Virus record (IMG/VR): IMGVR_UViG_3300045988_099312
Span: 1 to 55,517 of that record
DNA: 55,517 nt
Strand: one strand, 5' to 3'
Source: a virus
The notes beneath the pieces were generated by a model. That model was not told where the DNA came from and did no database searches. It saw nothing but the letters and a program-made list of their open reading frames with translations. Positions 28,013-36,737 of the stretch are shown in pieces. How positions within the stretch are numbered: position 1 is the first letter of the stretch; every line of letters starts with the position of its first letter. The position numbers and the translations under genes were made by a program.

Positions 28013-28888
28013 ATGTGGAAATATGTAAATCCTGGATATGGTGAGTTGCTGGATGAAAACAAAGCCGCAACAGTTCAAGATATAACAAAAAATCCTACAA
28101 ATAGAGTGAGTATAAACAATTCTTCCGGAATTTGTGTTTTGTTTCCGGGGCTGCAAGAAGTATTTTTGAAATTTGATTTATATACTATTAGTTCAACTAG
28201 AAGTTCACTTTGGTACGTTTTATTGGGTGACGGTAACAACTATTGCGGACTTACTGATAATACTTATGCCGATTCATCTTGCGCCGTAAGAATTAACAAT
28301 GAGGATGAAACTAAGTACAATTATTTTGACGAACGCAAAGTAGCTACATTTTTTATTCATGTAAAAAGTGGTCAAAACGGAATGCTCGAAGCGTACATCA
28401 ATGGTTCTTTAATAAAAGCATATAGCGGAAATATTAAATGTTCTAGCTTTAAGCACTTGAAAATATATACTAAACAGGATCGGACATATATCAGTAACAT
28501 CATTATTTCGGATCAAGACATTCGTGACGAGAGCGTTCTTGTTGTCCCCCTTGGTGAACCGACTGGTACATGGAGCGGCATTTCTGATGGCGAAGCGAAA
28601 GCAACCGAAGCGGATCAAGTGCTTACTCAATCTCTCAAAATCAATGATATTAAAAATACCGTTGGTACAGATACCGTGACTTCTGTCAGCGTAGCCGCAT
28701 ATGACATTCGCTATGACGGTGAGAAGGTAAATTCTATGGAAGCATCCATTACGAAAGATGGCTCAAATCTCACGAGTGCGACAAAATCCATTACGAATAA
28801 TGCGATTACGCCCGTTACATTTATGAAAAATATGACAATCGATAATTTAGCAAATACATCCGTCTCATTCAAAGCAAAGAAGGTGTAA
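28013..28888 (+). CDS. Tail-fibre-associated protein (291 aa), function unknown
   Basis: RBS AGGAGGAG. Lies between two fibre genes. Confidence 0.6.
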   Translation: MWKYVNPGYGELLDENKAATVQDITKNPTNRVSINNSSGICVLFPGLQEVFLKFDLYTISSTRSSLWYVLLGDGNNYCGLTDNTYADSSCAVRINNEDETKYNYFDERKVATFFIHVKSGQNGMLEAYINGSLIKAYSGNIKCSSFKHLKIYTKQDRTYISNIIISDQDIRDESVLVVPLGEPTGTWSGISDGEAKATEADQVLTQSLKINDIKNTVGTDTVTSVSVAAYDIRYDGEKVNSMEASITKDGSNLTSATKSITNNAITPVTFMKNMTIDNLANTSVSFKAKKV

Positions 28889-28891
28889 CAT

Positions 28892-31189
28892 ATGGCTGAT
28901 GAAACGCAAGTAACAACAGAAGAGCAAAGAAACTCTCCTGGCATTGCTTTTATCACCCATGGGAACTTGAAGCACGACCCGCCGCTCCACGCTTTTATCA
29001 CCCATGGGAACTTGAAGCACGACCCGCCGCTCCACGCTTTTATCACATATGCCAAAGGGGTAGATACTGACGGAGAAGGAGAAATTTCGACTCAACTTCT
29101 TAATTTTTCTGCTTCCGCGAAGAAAGAAAACAACAAAACCACCATTGCTATTTCATGGAATTTGAACGGTTTGCATCATGCAGTGATTCGTATTAAGAAG
29201 GTTCAGGCTGAAGCCGATAACGAAGTGGATTGGTCAGGCGTTGAGGTGGCGGATACGCTCACGATGGGTCAGGGGGTTACGTCTACAGAGTATGATGGAG
29301 CGCAAGAAGGGTACAAATATCAGCTAGAAGGCGTTGGCGTAGATGTATTCGGTGATACGTCCGAAGCGGCAAATACGCCGAAAGAAGAGGTGTTTATAGC
29401 GAAAGCTGTAGAGCCTAATCCCAATCCTAAACCTGAACCTGATCCTAGCCCTGAACAGCCAACGGAGAAACTTTTTGAATTTCACTATGTTCCCGATGAA
29501 GGCGTACTGCCGGGGCTGATTTTTGAGCAGCAGACCGAAGACGTTATCAACGATATCGGGAATTATGCGTATTTTGCACAGAAAACGGCATCGAAAGCGC
29601 TTAAAACTGGGCTTGAAGCAAGCGAAGCGGCGCGAACTGCGTTGAATGCAGCGCAGAACGCACAGTCTACAGCTGACCGTGCTACTGAACTTGGCAATAC
29701 CGGAATTAGCAAGGCTAACGCTGCACAAGAGACCGCAGATAAAGCACTGAAAAAAGCAGAAGCGAATGAAGTCAGTATCGCCGCCAACTCTTCTTCTATC
29801 GCGACACTCCAAAACACAGTCAACGGACAGCAAACACAGCTTGATTGGAATTTAACGAATATCAGCGGATTGAAAAAGCAGGTTGCGGAGAACAAGCAAA
29901 GCATTGAGGAAAACTCCAAAGGAATTAGTCAGTGCATGATGACTATACAAGAAAGTCAAGCATACACTACAACGGATAAGACGGATGCCAATGATTTAAC
30001 CGATTACGGTAGAATCTATCTTCCAAATGCTCTTTTGCATTGTCCTAGCGGAGTTACTTATCCAGTTCTTTTGGATGTCGTTCCGTCTTATTTTGGGGAT
30101 TCGGAAATAGATGATGTAGTGGTTCAACGAGTTGTTGACGCAAACGGAGTTTCGTTTTATCGTCTTGCTACTGAGGAGACAGCAGATGCTACGATAACAT
30201 ACAACTTCGGCGATTGGAAGTCTATTGATACTCGCTATTTGAAACTGACTGGCGGCACCGTAACAGGGCAGACTACCTTCTCGGGCAAGCTTACTGCAAG
30301 CGGAGAGACAAGCGTGCCGACGCCATCAACGGAAAACAACTCAAAGACCATCGCTAATACCGAATTTGTTCATGGCGTGGTAAGTAATTTAGTTAACGGC
30401 GCGCCGAACGCATTAGACACATTGCAAGAGCTTGCAACCGCACTGGGAAACGACCCTAATTTTTCGACTACCGTCTTAAACAAGATAGGCGAGAAAGAAA
30501 GCAAGACAGATGCACAAATAGAGTACAAGAAATTACAGGATGCAATTCCGACGAAGATATCTCAATTGCCGAATGATAGCGGATACCAGAAAACGGCTGA
30601 AATCCCCGTTGCGTCGCAGACGCAGAATGGGTACATGAGTAAGGATGACAAGGTAAAGTTGGATAGATTGACGGGAGATGATACAAGTGTTATAAATTAC
30701 GTCAAGTCCGTTACAGAATCGAACGGTAAGTTAACCGTTACAAAAGGTGGGGGAGATAGCACTATTATCAATTTAATAGACACATTTTACCCCATCGGTA
30801 CTGTGTATATATCTGCTGACAAGACCAAAACAAAAGCGGACTTTCCATTCATGACACATGGCACATGGGAAGAAGTACCTGCTAACCTTTGCTTGCAGAC
30901 AGGAAATGCAAGTGAAGCAGGAACACAGAGAAGTGCAGGATTACCAAATATTACAGGTCAAGTTTCTACTGGTGCTAGAAAAATGGATGAATCTTATGAG
31001 CTGCTAAGTGAAGGAGCATTGTATATCTCTAAATATGGCGTAAATAGGTCTGCTTATAAGGATGGAAGCAATACAAGAGCACATCAGATAGTATCTTTAG
31101 ATGCTTCTCGCTCCAATCAAATATACGGTGCATCCGATACAGTTCAACCCCCTGCATACATAGTAAGAGCTTGGGTGAGGACGGCATAG
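28892..31189 (+). CDS. Long tail fibre (765 aa)
   Basis: His-rich tandem repeat, PNPNPKPEPDP linker, Ala/Gln-rich coiled coil, 'APNALDTLQELATALGNDPNF' and 'QTQNGYMSKDDKVKLD' fibre-repeat motifs, and a collar-like C-terminus. Confidence 0.8.
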   Translation: MADETQVTTEEQRNSPGIAFITHGNLKHDPPLHAFITHGNLKHDPPLHAFITYAKGVDTDGEGEISTQLLNFSASAKKENNKTTIAISWNLNGLHHAVIRIKKVQAEADNEVDWSGVEVADTLTMGQGVTSTEYDGAQEGYKYQLEGVGVDVFGDTSEAANTPKEEVFIAKAVEPNPNPKPEPDPSPEQPTEKLFEFHYVPDEGVLPGLIFEQQTEDVINDIGNYAYFAQKTASKALKTGLEASEAARTALNAAQNAQSTADRATELGNTGISKANAAQETADKALKKAEANEVSIAANSSSIATLQNTVNGQQTQLDWNLTNISGLKKQVAENKQSIEENSKGISQCMMTIQESQAYTTTDKTDANDLTDYGRIYLPNALLHCPSGVTYPVLLDVVPSYFGDSEIDDVVVQRVVDANGVSFYRLATEETADATITYNFGDWKSIDTRYLKLTGGTVTGQTTFSGKLTASGETSVPTPSTENNSKTIANTEFVHGVVSNLVNGAPNALDTLQELATALGNDPNFSTTVLNKIGEKESKTDAQIEYKKLQDAIPTKISQLPNDSGYQKTAEIPVASQTQNGYMSKDDKVKLDRLTGDDTSVINYVKSVTESNGKLTVTKGGGDSTIINLIDTFYPIGTVYISADKTKTKADFPFMTHGTWEEVPANLCLQTGNASEAGTQRSAGLPNITGQVSTGARKMDESYELLSEGALYISKYGVNRSAYKDGSNTRAHQIVSLDASRSNQIYGASDTVQPPAYIVRAWVRTA
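28946..29047 (+). repeat. Exact 45-bp tandem repeat (2 full units plus about 11 nt) inside the fibre gene
   Basis: 28946-28990 equals 28991-29035, encoding AFITHGNLKHDPPLH twice. A third unit starts at 29036. Confidence 0.95.
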
Positions 31190-31285
31190 CAAAGAAAGGA
31201 GATAATTCATGAGCCATCAGAAAATTGCAAAAGACGAGTCTCAAATTTAATGGTGTGAAAATTTCTTAATATATAGGGGGTTAAT

Positions 31286-31732
31286 ATGCTTACCGCAAGA
31301 GAATACCTTAAAAGAACTAACGACAACTTAAAAACATGTGAGTCGTATAATGTTATCTATGAATACTTAGATGGTTTGACTTTAGACACGAAAGACCCTA
31401 AAGCAAAGCGCATGTTGCTTAAACTCCATGAGTTAGACTACGGTCCTTACTTCGATACCGATATCGCTGTGGACGCGGTGTCTCATATGGAAAACGTGGA
31501 TGGTACGACTGGGGCGCACTGGGAATTTGCAGAGGTGGAAGAAGAAGCTAAGAAGCGTCACATTGATAGACCAGCAGATTTGTACTATGCAATTAACATG
31601 TTGTATAGTGACCTCGCTAACGTTTTAGGTAAAGACCCTGAAAAATATATCGCAGTGGCTAAAGCTCTCTACTGGGATGACCCCGATATGCCAGAAGGCA
31701 AACTGTTCAAGCAGTACGTAGCCACCATCTAA
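31286..31732 (+). CDS. Hypothetical protein (148 aa)
   Basis: RBS AGGGGG. ORF track entry. Confidence 0.7.
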   Translation: MLTAREYLKRTNDNLKTCESYNVIYEYLDGLTLDTKDPKAKRMLLKLHELDYGPYFDTDIAVDAVSHMENVDGTTGAHWEFAEVEEEAKKRHIDRPADLYYAINMLYSDLANVLGKDPEKYIAVAKALYWDDPDMPEGKLFKQYVATI

Positions 31733-31813
31733 TTTATGATGTTAAATTCAAGGAGATAACATAATAAGAATTTTGGGGCTGACATCGTAAACAGCAGAAA
31801 GAAGGTTATTAAA

Positions 31814-32059
31814 ATGCGTGAATATCGAAGGGTCGTAAAAGACTGGCTTCGAGCGGTAGACAGGGAAGAGCTGAATGCTGTTTTGAAGTCAGCAATTTTT
31901 ACGCCTGACGAGCTGGAATATATTAAGATGAGAATTATAGAAGGTAAGAGCTTTAAGCTCATAGCAATCGATAGCGGAATATCAAGAAGTGGCATGGCTA
32001 AAATTGCTGACCGTGTTGCAATGAAGATATACAAAGCTATCTCAAAATACCGCATGTAA
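31814..32059 (+). CDS. Small sigma-70 region-4-like HTH protein (81 aa)
   Basis: 'ELEYIKMRIIEGKSFKLIAIDSGISRSGMAKIADRV' resembles a sigma region-4 / LuxR-type HTH. Confidence 0.5.
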   Translation: MREYRRVVKDWLRAVDREELNAVLKSAIFTPDELEYIKMRIIEGKSFKLIAIDSGISRSGMAKIADRVAMKIYKAISKYRM

Positions 32060-32184
32060 GAATGTATAGCAGGATACACAATTTGTACATTTCATGAGGA
32101 GTATTTTGGCATAATATGGCAAAATCATGTACACCTTTTCTTTTCCCTTTTGTCGTATGATACAGGCAGAAGGGAGGAGATAGG

Positions 32185-32637
32185 ATGTATGGTTTAGATT
32201 ATCCGTACTATGGTGCAGTGCCGCAGATGCAAGCACGCTTAAATCAGTTGGAGGGCTATCAAGCACAGCAATTACAGGCGCAACAACAGATGCAGCAACA
32301 GGTATCTCCGCTTCGAGGAAGAACCGTTACATGCGTTGAAGAAGTGAAGGCGGCGCAGGTTATGCTTGATGGGACGGCTGCCTATTTTCCTTCCCCATCC
32401 GAAGGCAGAATTTACGAAAAATCAATAGATTTAAATGGAAATCCTGTCTATAAAATCTATGAACTGTCTAAAAAGCCTATCAAGAATCCCGTGGAATCGC
32501 TGGAAGAGAAGGTAAATGAATTGGAATTGATGGTTCGGGAATTACAAGGAAGGAGTGCAGAAAATGAATCCAATGCAACTGATCGGAATGCTAAAGCAAG
32601 CACAAAACCCCATGGCGATGTTAAGCAACATGGCTAA
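32185..32637 (+). CDS. Gln-rich hypothetical protein (150 aa; 3' end uncertain)
   Basis: RBS GGGAGGAG. The last 70-80 nt overlap the next gene in another frame. Confidence 0.6.
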   Translation: MYGLDYPYYGAVPQMQARLNQLEGYQAQQLQAQQQMQQQVSPLRGRTVTCVEEVKAAQVMLDGTAAYFPSPSEGRIYEKSIDLNGNPVYKIYELSKKPIKNPVESLEEKVNELELMVRELQGRSAENESNATDRNAKASTKPHGDVKQHG

Positions 32638-32788
32638 TAGCAATCCGCTGATGGGACGGGCTATGCAGATGGGGAAAGGTAAAAGTGATGATGAGTTAAA
32701 GGTCATCGCACAGAACTTGGCTCGACAACGTGGCATGAACGAAAAGCAGTTTTCAGACTTCCTTTCTTCTTTTGGCTTAAACCTCTAG
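32564..32788 (+). CDS. Hypothetical Met/Asn-rich small protein (74 aa)
   Basis: ATG preceded by AAGGAG. Internal start of ORF 32555-32788. Confidence 0.55.
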   Translation: MNPMQLIGMLKQAQNPMAMLSNMANSNPLMGRAMQMGKGKSDDELKVIAQNLARQRGMNEKQFSDFLSSFGLNL

Positions 32789-32821
32789 CTAGGGTTTTAT
32801 ATATCAAGTTTTGAAGGAGGT

Positions 32822-33502
32822 ATGAAAATGGAAGGTAATGAAGGTATTGCCCCGGTTTGGAACCTGAACGAAAAAGGTGGAAACGGATGGGGCGACAGCT
32901 GCGGCATGTGGTTTATGTGGATTATCGTTATTTTCGCCTTGATGGGCGGTGGCGGCTGGGGTGGCTTTGGAAATCGCGCCGGACTGACACAGGCAGAGAT
33001 GCAGGCAGGTTTTAATCACCAAGACGAAATGGGGCAGATTCGTGGAATTGGCTACGGGCTTTCTGATGCAACCTTTTCTCTCAACACTACTATGCTCCAA
33101 GGGCAAGCCGGTATTGAAAAAACCGTTATGCAAGGGAATTATGCCCTCGGTAGTCAGCTTGCAGAGAATAGATTTTCGCAACAGCAATGCTGCTGCGAAA
33201 CTAACCGCAATATTGACAGCGTTAAGGCAGAAAACTATAAGAATACATGCACTATTACAAGTGCTATTCACGAAGAAGCAGAGAAGACTCGTGCTCTGAT
33301 TACTGCAAACACGATTCAGGAACTTCGCGACAAACTGGCAGACCGTGACCGCGATCTCCAGTCCGCAACGTTCAATCTGTCTCAAGTGATGCAGAGCGCC
33401 GCACTGGTTAATCAGCTTCGTCCGTACCCGACTCCGGCGTACATCACAGCAAGCCCTTATCAGGCAATTACAGGTGGCGGCGGTACTACGCCTACGACCT
33501 GA
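32822..33502 (+). CDS. Membrane protein with a Gly/Trp-rich N-terminus and a CCC motif (about 224-226 aa)
   Basis: RBS GAAGGAGG. ATG 32822 or 32828. TM segment 'MWFMWIIVIFALMGGGGWGGFG'. Followed by a terminator. Confidence 0.7.
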   Translation: MKMEGNEGIAPVWNLNEKGGNGWGDSCGMWFMWIIVIFALMGGGGWGGFGNRAGLTQAEMQAGFNHQDEMGQIRGIGYGLSDATFSLNTTMLQGQAGIEKTVMQGNYALGSQLAENRFSQQQCCCETNRNIDSVKAENYKNTCTITSAIHEEAEKTRALITANTIQELRDKLADRDRDLQSATFNLSQVMQSAALVNQLRPYPTPAYITASPYQAITGGGGTTPTT

Positions 33503-33528
33503 TGTAGCGTAGATACACATGATTAAAA

Positions 33529-33557
33529 ACGTCCTATCAATCGATAGGGCGTTTTTA
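33529..33557 (+). terminator. Rho-independent terminator
   Basis: 10-bp stem ACGTCCTATC / GATAGGGCGT, then TTTTTATTTT. Confidence 0.8.
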
Positions 33558-33574
33558 TTTTATGAGGTGAAATT

Positions 33575-33877
33575 ATGGATGGAATTTTACATGGGTTTAT
33601 TATACAGGCACTTTTAACGGCGGCTTCTTTTGCCGTTGGCTATCTTTGGAATAAGTCAAAAGCACTGTCCGACCGACAGCAAGCAATTGAAAAAGGGACT
33701 CGTGCGCTTCTGAAAATCGAACTTCGCAAAGTTCACCGCGAGTCAAAATCCAGAGGGTTTATTACATACGAGGATGAATCCATCGCCGAGGAAGTATACG
33801 AAGCGTATCATGCACTGGGCGGTAACGGGCAGGGAACAGCGATGCTAAAAGATCTTCGTGATTTGGAGACAAAGTAG
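33575..33877 (+). CDS. Single-pass membrane protein of the lysis cassette (100 aa), holin-associated
   Basis: RBS GAGGTG. N-terminal TM 'GFIIQALLTAASFAVGYLW'. Lies immediately upstream of the holin and amidase genes. Confidence 0.5.
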   Translation: MDGILHGFIIQALLTAASFAVGYLWNKSKALSDRQQAIEKGTRALLKIELRKVHRESKSRGFITYEDESIAEEVYEAYHALGGNGQGTAMLKDLRDLETK

Positions 33878-34225
33878 ATGGTTGAACAATTAACAAAAAA
33901 GGCAATGAGCTTTATAAATTCAAAGGCGCGAACGAGCATGAGGGTGGTTTACATCTATGGCGGCTGTCTTTTGTCCCTTGTACTTCTGAATGTCATCGCA
34001 TGGCTTTATATGTGGTATCTGACGGACGTTCCTGACATTGACAAGCTGCTTCGCATTACGGATGAGCTTTCTAAGCCGTCCGTTGTTGCTGCCGTCACGT
34101 TTGTTTCCGTGTTTTGCGTAAACAAAAATCATGATGGACGCCCCGATGCTGCAGAAGTGTTAGCAAAGCGAGGCGGTACAGGCACACCACCCATGCCGTT
34201 GAATAGAAGGGATGATGCTAAATGA
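33878..34225 (+). CDS. Holin, putative (115 aa)
   Basis: Two hydrophobic segments and a charged C-terminus. Overlaps the endolysin start (ATGA). Confidence 0.55.
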   Translation: MVEQLTKKAMSFINSKARTSMRVVYIYGGCLLSLVLLNVIAWLYMWYLTDVPDIDKLLRITDELSKPSVVAAVTFVSVFCVNKNHDGRPDAAEVLAKRGGTGTPPMPLNRRDDAK

Positions 34226-34770
34226 GTATAGAAGAAATTGAAAATCAACTAAAGAAAGCTAGACCATCGTTTTATAGATATCCGTTTCCAGTGCAGGTTT
34301 ATTTACACTGGACAGCAGGACATCGCTACACTACGTTTAGCGATTATCACTATTGCATTGACGGAGACGGGGAAATCATAAACACTAGACCGCTGACAGA
34401 GACACCTGCTGCGACATGGCAGAGAAACGAAGGAAGTATAGCTATTGCATTGTGTGCATGTTATGAAGCGGAAGCGTATTTCGACAGCGAGGGTGGATTG
34501 TATGCACGATTAGGAGAAGAAGCTCCTACAGATGAACAAATCGAATCCCTTGCTATGCTGATGGCAAAAATTGCTAAAGTGTTTGACATTCCGATTGATA
34601 GTGAGCATTTCCTTACACACGCCGAAGTTGCGATGATAGACGGTTATGACCTTGAATCAGATGATCCTGACAAAAGATGGGATTTAGCTGTACTGCACGA
34701 TGATGATACATGGATGAGTGGGGGAGACACGCTCCGCGGAAAAGCGCAATGGTACTTGGAAAGCGATTAA
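34222..34770 (+). CDS. Endolysin, N-acetylmuramoyl-L-alanine amidase (Amidase_2/PGRP-like), 182 aa
   Basis: The 'HWTAGH...', 'NEGSIAIALCAC' and '...FLTHAEVA' pattern is consistent with a zinc amidase fold. Position in the lysis cassette. Confidence 0.6.
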   Translation: MSIEEIENQLKKARPSFYRYPFPVQVYLHWTAGHRYTTFSDYHYCIDGDGEIINTRPLTETPAATWQRNEGSIAIALCACYEAEAYFDSEGGLYARLGEEAPTDEQIESLAMLMAKIAKVFDIPIDSEHFLTHAEVAMIDGYDLESDDPDKRWDLAVLHDDDTWMSGGDTLRGKAQWYLESD

Positions 34771-34894
34771 ATTGGTTTACAGGCGTCCTAGCTGGCTAAT
34801 GTGTAATTTATCAAAAAGAGCTAGGAGACGCCTATATGACCCTAAATTCGCAAAATTTCAACGGATTACAGTTAAGGAAAGGTGTGAATCATGG

Positions 34895-35365
34895 ATGGGT
34901 GGAAATCTCGCAAGGTTCATAACTTGCTTGATTCTGTGTTTATTTTTATCGGCGTTCTTGTCATTGCCTACTTCTTATGCGCAGGAACAAACGTATACGA
35001 TAACGGAAACACAGTTGACCGAGCTCGAGAATACGTACAAAACGAAGGAAAGCAGATTGATGACGCTCGAAACGAAGCTGAACGTGCTGACTCAAAACTC
35101 GACCGAGCAGGAGAAAGCATTGAGCGAGGCATTGGAGCAGTTGAACGAAGCAAAGAATCTGCTGACAGAAGCAAGGCAGAACTTGAGGAATGTAAACGTC
35201 TCATTGACGAATGCAAAAGCGACAATCGCAAAATTGGAGGAATCCTTAACGAGGTTAGAGCAACAGGTAAAGACGTTGCAACATCAGCGCAATCTCGCTA
35301 AGCGGCAAAGAAATGTATGGTGTTTTGTTGCCGGATCACTCGCAATTTACGAAGCAACGAATTGA
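34895..35365 (+). CDS. Secreted or membrane coiled-coil protein (156 aa): signal peptide, Leu-heptad coiled coil, C-terminal hydrophobic tail
   Basis: 'MGGNLARFITCLILCLFLSAFLSLPTSYA|QEQ' has an AXA-type site. The ORF ends 6 nt before a terminator. A competing ORF starts at 34891 in another frame. Confidence 0.5.
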   Translation: MGGNLARFITCLILCLFLSAFLSLPTSYAQEQTYTITETQLTELENTYKTKESRLMTLETKLNVLTQNSTEQEKALSEALEQLNEAKNLLTEARQNLRNVNVSLTNAKATIAKLEESLTRLEQQVKTLQHQRNLAKRQRNVWCFVAGSLAIYEATN

Positions 35366-35371
35366 TTTTAA

Positions 35372-35399
35372 GGGGCTAGGAAACTAGCCCTCTTTTTTT
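35372..35399 (+). terminator. Rho-independent terminator ending the late/lysis operon
   Basis: Stem GGGCTAG / CTAGCCC, loop GAAA, then TCTTTTTTT. Confidence 0.8.
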
Positions 35400-35414
35400 A
35401 TTGCCGCAATAAAA

Positions 35415-35781
35415 CCCACGGAAATTCCCCGGAAGTTCCGTTGGATGTTCCTACGGAAAATCCATGGAAATTCCAGCGGAATTGTATAAATGAATCAATT
35501 TAAAGATTATATTTATTCGATATATTCAATTCCGCGGGAAAATCCATGGAAATTCCACACTATTTCCGCAGGAAAATCCGTGGAAATTCCGCACGTAAAA
35601 AGTTCCTGATTTTTGGGTTTCACAAAACTAAAAAAATGTATGAAAAAATATTGTGTAATAAATATTCTTATTATTGAATAGAACCTCGCGAATTTTGATA
35701 ATAAGATATATAAATATTCAATTCCGCAGGAAAATCCATGGAAAATCGTTGGAAATTCCGTGGAACTTCCGCAGGAATGCG
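35415..35781. repeat. Three clusters of about 11-bp phased iterons (core GGAAAnTCC, often the palindrome GGAAATTCC) flanking AT-rich DNA
   Basis: Clusters at 35417-35483 (6 units), 35528-35595 (about 6 units) and 35719-35781 (about 6 units). A 123-bp AT-rich spacer lies at 35596-35718. Confidence 0.85.
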
Positions 35782-35915
35782 TTTGACCATACCATAACCA
35801 AAAAAAATATATATAAATAATATATAATGGTCAAAGCATCTTAGCCGGATCAAAAAAGGAATGGCATTCGCTACTACTTTTTGCTAGAATAAAAAAGAAG
35901 AGGGGGAACGATTAA

Positions 35916-36296
35916 ATGAAAACTAAACTAAAAATACTGATTTCCATTGCTTCGCTTCTTTTGGTAACTACAAATGCGTCTGCTTTTCAGATGGAAAAGA
36001 ACGGGCATGTTGTTCCGCTTTTTAAAGGCTATGAAATTAGTTTCGAATATTTTAAGAAGGTGATGAATGTAAAATGTCCGCATGACGGAGGACTTTCTTC
36101 TTTCTCTGTCGCTGGAAAACAGGTATCTCTAATCCGAACAACGGATACATGTCCTCACGTACCAGTTGTAACGTCGCCTGTGCTTACAATTTATCAAGAT
36201 GATATACCTTTCTTAATTGCCGATGACTATTGTGCATGGAAAAAGGGTGCAAAGAACTCTGCATTTCCCGAAATCTGGGAGCGATATGCTAAATAA
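35916..36296 (+). CDS. Secreted small protein (126 aa), moron-like
   Basis: RBS GAGGGGGA. Signal peptide 'MKTKLKILISIASLLLVTTNASA'. Has its own terminator. Confidence 0.75.
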   Translation: MKTKLKILISIASLLLVTTNASAFQMEKNGHVVPLFKGYEISFEYFKKVMNVKCPHDGGLSSFSVAGKQVSLIRTTDTCPHVPVVTSPVLTIYQDDIPFLIADDYCAWKKGAKNSAFPEIWERYAK

Positions 36297-36298
36297 CC

Positions 36299-36326
36299 AC
36301 TCCCACCATGCGTGGGAGTTTTTTTA
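36299..36326 (+). terminator. Rho-independent terminator
   Basis: 8-bp stem ACTCCCAC / GTGGGAGT followed by TTTTTTTAT. Confidence 0.8.
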
Positions 36327-36461
36327 TTGCAAATGTAAACCAGTTAGCGCATAATTCCGATTAAAAGTATAGTATACTAATTATTTCAATGAGGGGGTGA
36401 TGCAGATGGTTTATGTATGATTGCATGATATTGTGAGTTGTCTATAAAAGAAGGTAAAAGA

Positions 36462-36737
36462 ATGGAAGCGTCATCATCACATTCAAAAAGCGCAAGCGAT
36501 TATTTTATCGATTATGTTAATTCTGTTGAATGTAAGAAGAGATATTCTGAAGAAGTCATTTTGGTGACAGATGAATTTAAGAAAAAGACGTATGGTCTTA
36601 CCCAAGCTGATGATCTAATTGAATCTATGCTTGATGCTGCTGTCGAGTATGAGCGCAGCGGATTTATAGCAGGATTTGACTATGCCTGCGGTATGATCAG
36701 AGCCATTTTGTTTGCAGGGGTTGATAAAAATTATTAA
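36462..36737 (+). CDS. Hypothetical protein (91 aa)
   Basis: ATG after GAAGGTAAAAG. Possible promoter TTGCAT (36421-36426), 16-nt spacer, TATAAA. Confidence 0.6.
   Translation: MEASSSHSKSASDYFIDYVNSVECKKRYSEEVILVTDEFKKKTYGLTQADDLIESMLDAAVEYERSGFIAGFDYACGMIRAILFAGVDKNY

Noticed and set aside
31209-31250. 13-codon micro-ORF (MSHQKIAKDESQI) with an AAGGAG RBS after the fibre gene
   Set aside because: It is too short to support from sequence alone, so it was not annotated.
32804-33520. 238-aa minus-strand ORF
   Set aside because: It is exactly antisense to the + strand gene 32822-33502, which has a strong RBS, a clear TM segment and a downstream terminator. The phage has no other leftward genes in the late region.
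35415-35781. Possible CRISPR array
   Set aside because: The repeat units are only about 11 bp, directly abutting and degenerate, with no unique spacers of 25-40 bp. No cas genes are present.
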